From sequence record NC_041878.1: DNA of 64,000 bases. The stretch is one strand, 5' to 3'. Position 1 is the first letter of the stretch; the number at the start of each line of letters is the position of its first letter. Of the stretch, positions 55,485-63,835 are shown one piece after another. The position numbers and the translations under genes were made by a program. Under the pieces are notes generated by a model. It had not been told where the DNA came from. It saw only the letters and a list, made by a program, of their open reading frames with translations, and made no database searches.

Positions 55485-55727
55485 ATGAAAAAGATGGTAA
55501 TTGATAATACACAATTACGCATACACTTTAAAGCAAGTACTAAAGTACTGGACAAAGCATTAAGGGTTGTGCGAGAATATACAAAAGGTGAAGTTAGACC
55601 GAGGCGATTAGGTTGTGGATTGTTTGAAGTACTGGACGTTTCGCATAATGAGCGAATCGTAATTCAAAACAGTAAACTTAACTTAATGACTCATGAACAA
55701 TATAATAAGTTCGTTGAACGCCGTTGA
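55485..55727 (+). CDS. putative ParE-like toxin family protein
   Basis: RPRRL..LFEVLDV..ERIV..LMTHEQYNK resembles the ParE-like toxin family C-terminal (L/V)M(T/S)HE.YN. Confidence 0.5.
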   Translation: MKKMVIDNTQLRIHFKASTKVLDKALRVVREYTKGEVRPRRLGCGLFEVLDVSHNERIVIQNSKLNLMTHEQYNKFVERR

Positions 55728-55783
55728 CATAATCCCCTAAATATGATTATAATAAATTTATAGTCATTAGGGGATTTTTTATT

Positions 55784-56302
55784 ATGCCAGGAACATTCCG
55801 CAGTAAAAATAGTGCTACCCTAGCAGGTCACTCTGATAAATGGAGTAACTCTAATCGTAGTGCGTCAAGTCATGATGCTGGTCAAGGTAGTAGAGGAAGC
55901 CGAAACCAGGGAACAGGTATTCAAGGGAAACTAAACACTATGCCATCACAAGGCGTAGACACTTCCAAAATGAAACCAGAAGAAAAGTTAAAGTACTTTA
56001 AATCGTTGGGGTTAATGCCTGGTGCAGAACCTACACCAGAACCAGAAGTACAACCTGAACCAAAACCAGAACGTAACAAAGTACAAGCATTAACGCAAGA
56101 CCTACAGAAAGTATTTGCTAACACTCCAAACTATCTGCATAGTATTGTACAGCAGCTTAAAGAAGTGCCACCAGCACAATTTAAAAAAGCTGTATTCGCG
56201 GCGTATCGTGCAATGCAAGAAGCTACAGCACAAGCAAACGTAGATCCTAAAGCAGTACTTAAACATATAGAAGATGCAATTAACCAAAGTATCTACGATT
56301 AA
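55784..56302 (+). CDS. hypothetical protein with disordered S/G-rich N-terminus and PE linker
   Basis: RBS AGGGG inside a long hairpin (55731-55776) that contains TAAATA. Confidence 0.85.
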   Translation: MPGTFRSKNSATLAGHSDKWSNSNRSASSHDAGQGSRGSRNQGTGIQGKLNTMPSQGVDTSKMKPEEKLKYFKSLGLMPGAEPTPEPEVQPEPKPERNKVQALTQDLQKVFANTPNYLHSIVQQLKEVPPAQFKKAVFAAYRAMQEATAQANVDPKAVLKHIEDAINQSIYD

Positions 56303-56365
56303 TATTTGACAGTACTCAATTCATCTGATAGTATTAAGTTATTCCAAACAACAAGGTACTATCAA

Positions 56366-56704
56366 ATGAAAAGAATTTTATTAGTCGGACTTCTGTTTGC
56401 AAGTACTGTTAACGCTCAAATGTTAACTTGCTCTAACAGTACTCTTTCTTTTCGTAATAACGATGGAAGTTATAGCGAAAAGGTAGCAACAAAACTTTCA
56501 AACATCAACGTAGAAGTACTGGAACAAGCTATAACGTTCTATGCTGGTGGAATTGATAAACTGGAATTTTGGAAAGATTACAATGAGTATCGTAATGATA
56601 CTGGTAAGGTAGTTCGCTCAGGTGATACTTTTTCATTGTATACCACTATTCCAACTGATACAAATAAAATGCAGCCTGTTAAAGTTGATTATGTCTGCAA
56701 ATAA
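56366..56704 (+). CDS. putative exported protein
   Basis: Signal peptide MKRILLVGLLFASTVNA. Confidence 0.8.
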   Translation: MKRILLVGLLFASTVNAQMLTCSNSTLSFRNNDGSYSEKVATKLSNINVEVLEQAITFYAGGIDKLEFWKDYNEYRNDTGKVVRSGDTFSLYTTIPTDTNKMQPVKVDYVCK

Positions 56705-56718
56705 ATTCAAATAAAAGG

Positions 56719-56798
56719 TTGACTTCGGTCGGCCTTTTTTGTTATACTTACTTTATTGGCAGATAAGCCGTTAGCCCATTGGGTGCGGAGTTATGTCA
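56719..56798 (+). ncRNA. promoter-hairpin-CCCATTGGGTGCGGAG element
   Basis: TTGACT..TATACT, GGC-AGATAA-GCC hairpin, core 56774-56790. Confidence 0.7.
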
Positions 56799-56946
56799 TT
56801 TTTAAGTACTTTCTATTTTGAAAATATTATACAAAAACTTATAAAAAGTCCTTGCAGATAATTCTGATTCTGCTATTATAACCACATCAAGACGGGGCAA
56901 CGTCTTAGAAAACAAAATTCAAATATTAAGTGAGAGGCAGTACAAA

Positions 56947-57294
56947 ATGACTAAATCAATCAAAGTTAAAGCTACTAAATCAGTTCAGGCAAACAACGTA
57001 GAAAACATTAAAAGACTGCCTATTGGTACTGTAGTAGTTCATAACTATGGTGAGTTTACCCACGGTGTAATTGTAGGTCATGCAGAACATGCTTACCAGG
57101 TTTATTTTAGTGCTGATATGTCACCGATGCTTCCAAAGTATCAGGCTAATACCGATGAAGCAATTAAAGCACGTATGCGTACTATTACCCTGGGCAAAGG
57201 ATTCTTTGTAAGTCGCTTCAAAACAATTGAAGCAGTTCGTGAAGCACAACGCAAATATAAAAATCGTGGTCTGGATCTCGAATCAGCAGCGTAA
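56947..57294 (+). CDS. early hypothetical protein
   Basis: GAGG RBS. Confidence 0.8.
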   Translation: MTKSIKVKATKSVQANNVENIKRLPIGTVVVHNYGEFTHGVIVGHAEHAYQVYFSADMSPMLPKYQANTDEAIKARMRTITLGKGFFVSRFKTIEAVREAQRKYKNRGLDLESAA

Positions 57295-57384
57295 TTGAAT
57301 TTAAAAAGGAGTTGACAACAGTTGGCTCCTTTGCTATACTACCCATAAGAACTTAATTGAAGTACTTTTTAAAGGCATATCATC

Positions 57385-57603
57385 ATGAGAAACATTTTAG
57401 AAGAACTCCTTAAAGAACCAACCGAAGAAGAAATGCAAGCCAGTGCAGTACTGCGTGATCTCTGTATTCAAAATGAGCTTGAGTTTCCTGAACAATTGTT
57501 CATGTTGCAGTATTTTGCAGGTATTGAACCAGGTCTGATCGTTTCAAAGGTGAACGCATTAAACACGCCTTTGATTGAAAATGCAATACACGTAATGCAC
57601 TAA
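57385..57603 (+). CDS. small acidic protein
   Basis: After terminator-promoter cassette 57305-57340. Confidence 0.7.
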   Translation: MRNILEELLKEPTEEEMQASAVLRDLCIQNELEFPEQLFMLQYFAGIEPGLIVSKVNALNTPLIENAIHVMH

Positions 57604-57620
57604 TTAATTCTACAAAGTAC

Positions 57621-57698
57621 TTGACTCCGGTTGAGTACTTTAGTATTATATATTCATTGGCAGATAAGCCGTTACCTACAAGGTGCATAATTGTATCT
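57621..57698 (+). ncRNA. promoter-hairpin-CCTACAAGGTGC element (compensatory variant)
   Basis: TTGACT-N17-TATTAT; CCT/AGG replaces CCC/GGG. Confidence 0.65.
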
Positions 57699-57811
57699 GT
57701 ATAAAAGAAAATATAAATTCAAATAAAAAACTTGCATTTATCCGTCAGTACTGTATAATGATTTACATGGATTAGGGAATGGCCTTAATCATTTTAAGTG
57801 AGAATACTATC

Positions 57812-58381
57812 ATGAAATTTGAAGAACTGAACGAGCAACAAAAAGCTAGAGCACTTGACAAACATCGTTATATTAACGTTGATTATGACGAATGGCATGA
57901 TTTTGTCAAAGACGATCATCATTCGAAACTGGAAGCCGTTGGTTTTGAAGGCGTAGAGTCGCGTTACAGTGGTTTTTGTTCCCAGGGCGACGGGGCAAGT
58001 TTTCTTGCAAGTAACGTTGACATTGAGAAGTTTCTGCGTTCACAAAAACGTTGGACGCATTATCGTGCCTTGCATGAGTTTATTCGTATCAATGAGATCA
58101 CGGCGAAAGTAGTTGCGTTACCTTCTCATTACGTACACTACAATACAACTCAAGCGGAGTTATCAGGCGATTGGTATATTGATTTTACTCCTAAGCAGGA
58201 AGCACTATATAAAGAACTCGAAGAAGAGATCGACGCATATATCACACAAGCGGGTAAAGATTATTACGCTGATCTTGAAACTGCGTACTACGATCTTACC
58301 AGTGACGAACAAGTAGAACAAACAATCATCGCGAATGATTTAGATTTTGAAGAAACAGATCATTCAGTAACTTATCTTTGA
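57812..58381 (+). CDS. conserved mobile-element protein (YSGFCSQGDGASF motif)
   Basis: TTAAGTGAGA leader; motif recalled from ICE/phage proteins loosely annotated as antitoxins. Confidence 0.7.
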   Translation: MKFEELNEQQKARALDKHRYINVDYDEWHDFVKDDHHSKLEAVGFEGVESRYSGFCSQGDGASFLASNVDIEKFLRSQKRWTHYRALHEFIRINEITAKVVALPSHYVHYNTTQAELSGDWYIDFTPKQEALYKELEEEIDAYITQAGKDYYADLETAYYDLTSDEQVEQTIIANDLDFEETDHSVTYL

Positions 58382-58585
58382 CAAGTACTAAAACTTTATG
58401 ATATAGTACTCGCATAGAAAAAAACACGAGCAAACAACTATGCGAGTACTTAAATCACATAACGATATAATTTTCGCTACTTATGGCGATTGTTATATGG
58501 TTAAAAAAGGGAGGATGAAAATAGTTTGTAATAATCCCGTAATTGCTTTATACTATTACTGTAAACTTTTAAGTGAGAATATAAA

Positions 58586-58918
58586 ATGAGAAAACCTAAC
58601 GTAGAAATTCTTTGTGATTCGCATCATGGTGTACATATCCCGTCCATCATGATTCAACGTCTGGTAGATGCAGGTTGGCGAAACATTCCCGCCGATGCCG
58701 TAGAAGTACTTTCTTCCGTAGACAATGAAGGTTATTGGGATTGTTGGGAAGAAGTACTTAACAATGCAGAATGGCATGATGCAAGTACTGGTCAAGTATT
58801 CAAGTTGCACCAGGACGGCGATCTGTTTGCTTATTGCAAGGATAGTATGACTCCGCAAGAGTATCATCATATGTTTGGTGAATATCCAGACTGGTACAAT
58901 CAGGAAGAAGAAGCATAA
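58586..58918 (+). CDS. conserved phage hypothetical protein (DSHHGVHIP..W.CWEEVL..QDGDLF)
   Basis: TTAAGTGAGA leader. Confidence 0.8.
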   Translation: MRKPNVEILCDSHHGVHIPSIMIQRLVDAGWRNIPADAVEVLSSVDNEGYWDCWEEVLNNAEWHDASTGQVFKLHQDGDLFAYCKDSMTPQEYHHMFGEYPDWYNQEEEA

Positions 58919-58935
58919 TTAAATTTAAAAAGTAC

Positions 58936-59015
58936 TTGACTCCGGTCAGGTACTTTGCTATTATGTATACATAGCAAGAACAATGCTTTAGCCCATAGGG
59001 TGCAGGAGTGTAGTT
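58936..59015 (+). ncRNA. promoter-hairpin-CCCATAGGGTGCAGGAG element
   Basis: TTGACT-N17-TATTAT; AGCA-AGAACAA-TGCT hairpin; core 58991-59008. Confidence 0.7.
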
Positions 59016-59127
59016 ATAGTATAAGGATGTAGTACTGAAAGAAATATAAAGTTAAATGAAAAATTCCCTTGCTTTCTTTCTTTCGTGTGGTATACTTTAG
59101 TTATTGAAACAGAGCGGAGTTTGAAAA

Positions 59128-59370
59128 ATGTCTAAATCAGGAATCGAATTTAAAGTGCGGAAATGGTCTGAGCATGGTGCAAGACGCCCATTCGATGTAG
59201 TAGCACTGGATCACGACAACAACAAACAGCACTACCAGCCAGGCTGCACTTTCAGTACTGAGGATGGGGCAGAGCGTCACGCTCAAGTACTGGCACAGCG
59301 TATTAAAGACAATGCAAACACTATTAAGTTTATTCGTGATTGCTGGCCTGTAGACGGCGGGATCGAATAA
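59128..59370 (+). CDS. early hypothetical protein
   Basis: GGAG RBS. Confidence 0.75.
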   Translation: MSKSGIEFKVRKWSEHGARRPFDVVALDHDNNKQHYQPGCTFSTEDGAERHAQVLAQRIKDNANTIKFIRDCWPVDGGIE

Positions 59371-59449
59371 AAATTCAAATGAAAAAGTACTGGACAATCT
59401 AAGTTTAGTACTTTATAATTTAAATACAAAACGAATTGAGGAACTGATT

Positions 59450-60337
59450 ATGTTGAAAATGTATAAAGGTATCAATGGCTTGGCACTGAAAGCTAACCGT
59501 CCACTGAACAGAACTGAACTGTTAGAAGTTGTACCTTCAATTTTCGCTATCGAAGGGCATTCTTCACGTAGTTCACGTTTTGCACCAGTTGCTACTATCG
59601 ACGTGGTAGACCGCCTGGCACAAGAAAACTACTTCCCGATGTACGCGATTCAATCGCAGACTCGCGATGTATCTAAACGTGATTATACTAAACATATGAT
59701 CCGTTTTCGTAAGCCTGGCGATCGTGAAGGTGAAGCAAATGAAATCATCCTGGTTAACGCCAACGATGGTACAAGTGCGTATCAGTTAATGGCAGGTCAA
59801 TTCCGTTTTGTTTGTTCGAACGGTTTAGTTATGGGTGAAATGTCTCATAACACTAAGATCTACCATAAAGGTACTGACATTATGGATGATGTTATTGAAG
59901 GCGTTTATACAGTAGTTAAAGACTTTGACGAAATCGAACGTTATAAAAAGGAAATGAAACAGATCCAGTTAAGTACTGCACAACGTGATTCATTCGCAAT
60001 GACGGCGTACATCATGAAAGAAGGTTTACCAGAAAACGGTGATTGGGCGAATGCTGTATATCAACCACGTTTGTTACTTTCTGGTAAAGATCTTAACACG
60101 GATGATCGTTATGATAACAGTCTGTATAGTACTTTTAACACTGTACAGCAACACATGATGGCTGGTGGTCAGCGTGGATATAACCCGCAAACTGGTCGCC
60201 GTCGCTCAAGCCGTGAAGTAACTAACATCGATAAAAACATCGAACTGAATAGTAACTTATGGAAAGCTGCAATGAACATGGTTGACCAGTACGATTTACT
60301 GAAAAACGCAGATCCAGAAGAGATTCTGCAATTTTAA
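59450..60337 (+). CDS. DUF932-family protein
   Basis: RSSRF...RDYTKHMIRFR...EIILVNANDGTSAYQLMAGQFRFVCSNGL. Confidence 0.9.
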   Translation: MLKMYKGINGLALKANRPLNRTELLEVVPSIFAIEGHSSRSSRFAPVATIDVVDRLAQENYFPMYAIQSQTRDVSKRDYTKHMIRFRKPGDREGEANEIILVNANDGTSAYQLMAGQFRFVCSNGLVMGEMSHNTKIYHKGTDIMDDVIEGVYTVVKDFDEIERYKKEMKQIQLSTAQRDSFAMTAYIMKEGLPENGDWANAVYQPRLLLSGKDLNTDDRYDNSLYSTFNTVQQHMMAGGQRGYNPQTGRRRSSREVTNIDKNIELNSNLWKAAMNMVDQYDLLKNADPEEILQF

Positions 60338-60412
60338 AAGCTAAAAGGGGTTGACAATTGGTTAGCCCCTAAGCTATACTCATATCTGACAAGTAAACGG
60401 AGTAACGGAACC

Positions 60413-60751
60413 ATGAGCATGAATTTTTTCATCATGACCAATACAACGAAAGACGGTCACACAGAGTACGGCAATACTGAGTATGTAATTGTAGGGCAGG
60501 ATCGTTTAGGTCGCCGTTACCGTCTGGATTCATCAGCATTGACGAACGCAGATAAAACTGATCGTGAATGCCGTGATATACAGAACCGTCGCATTATGCG
60601 TATGCTTCAAAGTATCGCGTATGGTCAGAAGGTCGATCTTAATAACTGGACTGAGATCGAACCAGCATACGAATCTGAGGCTTTCTATAAGTTAGATACT
60701 AAGAAGCGTATCACGCTGGAACAAAAACACGTTGAGATGTACGGTGTTTAA
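60413..60751 (+). CDS. early hypothetical protein
   Basis: GGAG RBS after cassette. Confidence 0.75.
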   Translation: MSMNFFIMTNTTKDGHTEYGNTEYVIVGQDRLGRRYRLDSSALTNADKTDRECRDIQNRRIMRMLQSIAYGQKVDLNNWTEIEPAYESEAFYKLDTKKRITLEQKHVEMYGV

Positions 60752-60954
60752 CTTATAGTACTGCAAGATCCATGCCAGGGCAACCAAATAACGGTTGCCC
60801 TTTTTTGTATTCAGCGTATAATAAATTTCGGTTAAATGTTGATTTATATCAAGTTTCTTATTGCAGGTTTTGTAAATCATGCTACGGTGCTATTGACAGA
60901 TTAGGAGTAGTCTGAGATAATAGCCCTACGTTGAGCGAAGCGAGTAATAATAAT

Positions 60955-61185
60955 ATGATCAGTGTTGGCAGCAGTGAATTAGAAGCATTAAAGATCCGTT
61001 GGTATCAATTAGCCATTGACGGCAAGCCAGTTATCGGAGAAGATAAGAAGTTGTTCGACTCTTTAAACTGTTACGTACAGGACGAATTAAAAAAGGCATA
61101 TCTCTTAGGCGTTGGCGACGAACAAGAAACCTGGATGATACCACAAAATCAATCCAGTACTAATAAAGTTAGTCAAAAACAATAA
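60955..61185 (+). CDS. small protein, paralog of 62077..62253
   Basis: RWYQL..LFDSL..ELKKAY..G. Confidence 0.7.
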   Translation: MISVGSSELEALKIRWYQLAIDGKPVIGEDKKLFDSLNCYVQDELKKAYLLGVGDEQETWMIPQNQSSTNKVSQKQ

Positions 61186-61268
61186 TCCAAATTCTTCTAA
61201 AAAGGGTTGACTTAGGTTAGCCCTTTTTGCTATACTCTTTTTACACCAACAAATAAGAGTACTTGACA

Positions 61269-61616
61269 ATGTTAGACATTTATATCAGAAGTGACTTAGT
61301 GCCAGATGGTTGTGATGAATGCGGTACTCCAAAAGAAAAAACAGAGTACTACATTATTGCTGAATCAGAAACCGGCCAGCGTCTTAGATTAGAAAGTGTT
61401 TCCATTGTGAACCGCGATTATACGGATGAACAATGTGAAGCGTATCTTCAACCAACTGTAGATAAAATTAAAAATCATTTAGCTGGTGGCGGTAAACTTA
61501 ATCCTGATTATTGGTGCGAGATCGATCCACGTTACGGATCTAAACGTTACCAGGATTTAGATAGTACTGGCTTCTTCTATCAACGCGAGAAACGCGAAGA
61601 TACTTATCGCGATTAA
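61269..61616 (+). CDS. early hypothetical protein
   Basis: After cassette 61201-61236; PRYGS motif. Confidence 0.75.
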   Translation: MLDIYIRSDLVPDGCDECGTPKEKTEYYIIAESETGQRLRLESVSIVNRDYTDEQCEAYLQPTVDKIKNHLAGGGKLNPDYWCEIDPRYGSKRYQDLDSTGFFYQREKREDTYRD

Positions 61617-61815
61617 GTAAACACCAATTCAAGATAATTTCGAGTACTTGACAAATCAAATACCAGTACTCGAAATTTTCATTTAGTGATCAGCAGTTGT
61701 CTAAATTTTCGTGAGTGCGTGAACGTGTATACGAATGCGTATGATATGTGCGTTATATACTTGCATATGTATCTGTATACGTGTATACTATCTATAATGA
61801 ATAAGGAGATACAAC

Positions 61816-62007
61816 ATGACCAAAGCACAGTTTGAAAGTAAAGTCGATGATGTTATCAACTTAGTAACTCATTCCAGTATCACAATACCAGCAGCAGTTG
61901 AAAAGGTATGCGGCGAACCCATCAATAAAGAGAATAGCGAACTGCAATTCTCATTACAAGATGCAGTTGAAAAAGAATTGCATCCTGAATGGTGGATTAA
62001 ACAATAA
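61816..62007 (+). CDS. small hypothetical protein
   Basis: TAAGGAG RBS. Confidence 0.75.
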   Translation: MTKAQFESKVDDVINLVTHSSITIPAAVEKVCGEPINKENSELQFSLQDAVEKELHPEWWIKQ

Positions 62008-62076
62008 ACTTTGTACTTGACAACTATATATCAGTACTGATATACTAACCACACATTAAGCGAGAAAGGAAACATC

Positions 62077-62253
62077 ATGGTACAGGTAGATTTGTCAGAA
62101 CTCAGAACGAAATGGTACAACCTGGGGAAAGCGGGTACTGCAATTGCTGGTACTGATGCAGAACTGTTTAACTCACTCGATCCGTGGCAAAAACGGGAAC
62201 TCCGCAACGCCTACGTTGAAGGAACTACGGAAGCCCTTTCAACCGTAGCATAA
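62077..62253 (+). CDS. small protein (58 aa), paralog of 60955..61185
   Basis: AAGGA RBS; KWYNL..LFNSL..ELRNAY..G; not in ORF track. Confidence 0.75.
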   Translation: MVQVDLSELRTKWYNLGKAGTAIAGTDAELFNSLDPWQKRELRNAYVEGTTEALSTVA

Positions 62254-62328
62254 CTCTAACAGGCTATCTTATCATAAAAGTGTTGGCAAAGTCCAGCACT
62301 TTTTTTCGTTTTGAAGCAAAAAAATTCC

Positions 62329-62508
62329 TTGACCTTCCCTGCGATATTTGAGAGAATACCTACAAGCCAGAACAAAGGCGTAGCCCACCGGGTGCATAGG
62401 CACGTCCAAAATTCAGTACTCAAATTTTAGATAGATCTCCGCACCCTGTGGGTCAGACCGTTACACCGGTTTATGTACTTATTATACATCAACCACGAAT
62501 CAATGCAA
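62329..62508. repeat. convergent pair 3 of promoter-hairpin-core element
   Basis: Plus core 62383-62395 (CCCACCGGGTGC), minus core 62437-62453. Confidence 0.85.
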
Positions 62509-62656
62509 TACCCTAGAGAAAATAAAATTATAAATTCAAACGAAAAAATACTTGTATTTGTTTGCTGGTGGAGTTAATATCTATTCATCGAAACAAACAA
62601 CGGCAAGACGAAACAGCCGATAACGTCAAGCCCAACTACGCCTAGAGGAATTCATC

Positions 62657-62926
62657 ATGAGAGTAACAACACTGATTAAAAAACTGTTTGGTGAAGATTC
62701 AATTGCTGATTACATGGAAACGCTTGATTCAGAGGACAAAGAATCAGTACTGGAGTTTTATACTATCCAGCGTGAAGAAGATGCAAGTGAACCAGATTAC
62801 TTTGTAAAACTTTTCACCGATGGTCTGTACCAGGTTAAAGATCTTAAAGGTAATACTATCGTTCACACTTATGATGTGAAAGAATTAAAAAAACAATTAA
62901 AAGTACTTGCACAATCTTCTAACTAA
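62657..62926 (+). CDS. early hypothetical protein
   Basis: GAGG RBS. Confidence 0.8.
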   Translation: MRVTTLIKKLFGEDSIADYMETLDSEDKESVLEFYTIQREEDASEPDYFVKLFTDGLYQVKDLKGNTIVHTYDVKELKKQLKVLAQSSN

Positions 62927-62995
62927 TAGTATCTTATCTGTGTCGGACGGGAACAGGGTTACATAGTGTAACCCGCTCGCTCCAGGAGATTCATC

Positions 62996-63553
62996 ATGAC
63001 CATCATCGCCCTTCTTTCTTCTGTTGCTGCTGTTGCTAACCTAGCTGATGTTGATTCCGTTATTATCATGGACGGTGAAAACAACTACTATGATGATTCC
63101 GATTTTTACTATGTTGGTGTTAACATCAAAACAGGTGAATACTTCAAACACTATCATAGTACTACACGTGCTTACGGTTTCAGAGATCTCCCAAAAAGTG
63201 TTTGCATTAATGCCCTGGCTGACAATGTACAGGAAGACGTTAGAGCTATGTATAAACAGGCTTGCATCAATGAAGCACGTCGCCTGATGGATACTGATTA
63301 CGATTATATTATCAGTACTGGTGATACTGTTAAAGTAACAAACACTCGTGCCAGAAAGCACAAAGGAGAAACTTTTGTGGTTACTCATACCAGTACGTAT
63401 GAAGATAACTATGGTCGTACACAGACTGTTTACCTTCACGGCGGTGATGATGTTAAGACTAGCCGCACTAACTGCACTCGTATTGCAGTAGGCGATGCAG
63501 TCATTAACAAAGTAGCAGAACGCTTAGCGGTAGGGCTGGCGATTAAATTCTAA
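62996..63553 (+). CDS. early hypothetical protein
   Basis: AGGAG RBS, structured leader 62944-62985. Confidence 0.85.
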   Translation: MTIIALLSSVAAVANLADVDSVIIMDGENNYYDDSDFYYVGVNIKTGEYFKHYHSTTRAYGFRDLPKSVCINALADNVQEDVRAMYKQACINEARRLMDTDYDYIISTGDTVKVTNTRARKHKGETFVVTHTSTYEDNYGRTQTVYLHGGDDVKTSRTNCTRIAVGDAVINKVAERLAVGLAIKF

Positions 63554-63634
63554 AAGTACTAAGTACAATAGTACTTGACAAATACGAAAGGCCGCTGTCA
63601 TAATGACGGCGGCTTACTTTATGGGATTAACTTT

Positions 63635-63835
63635 ATGTTTAATGTGATTGGATGTTTAGGCGTCAGTGTTGGACAGGCTGACAGTATTGATATGGCTACG
63701 CTGTTAGTACTGCGACAGATAGCAATAGGAGCTAAGAAGGTACGCACCATGCGTAACGCTCTCTCACGCCTTACCACAGGGCAGGAATACCACGTGGAAT
63801 ACGGTGGCTCAGGCTGTACCATACGCCGCTTATAA
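63635..63835 (+). CDS. possible small protein
   Basis: Downstream of promoter TTGACA 63575; weak RBS. Confidence 0.45.
   Translation: MFNVIGCLGVSVGQADSIDMATLLVLRQIAIGAKKVRTMRNALSRLTTGQEYHVEYGGSGCTIRRL

Noticed and set aside
42551-62453. CCCACAGGGTGCGGAG repeats as a CRISPR array or CRISPR-repeat mimic
   Set aside because: Copies are dispersed over 20 kb on both strands, each with its own promoter, with no repeat-spacer periodicity and no cas genes. The sequence does not match the type I-E or I-F repeats I know.
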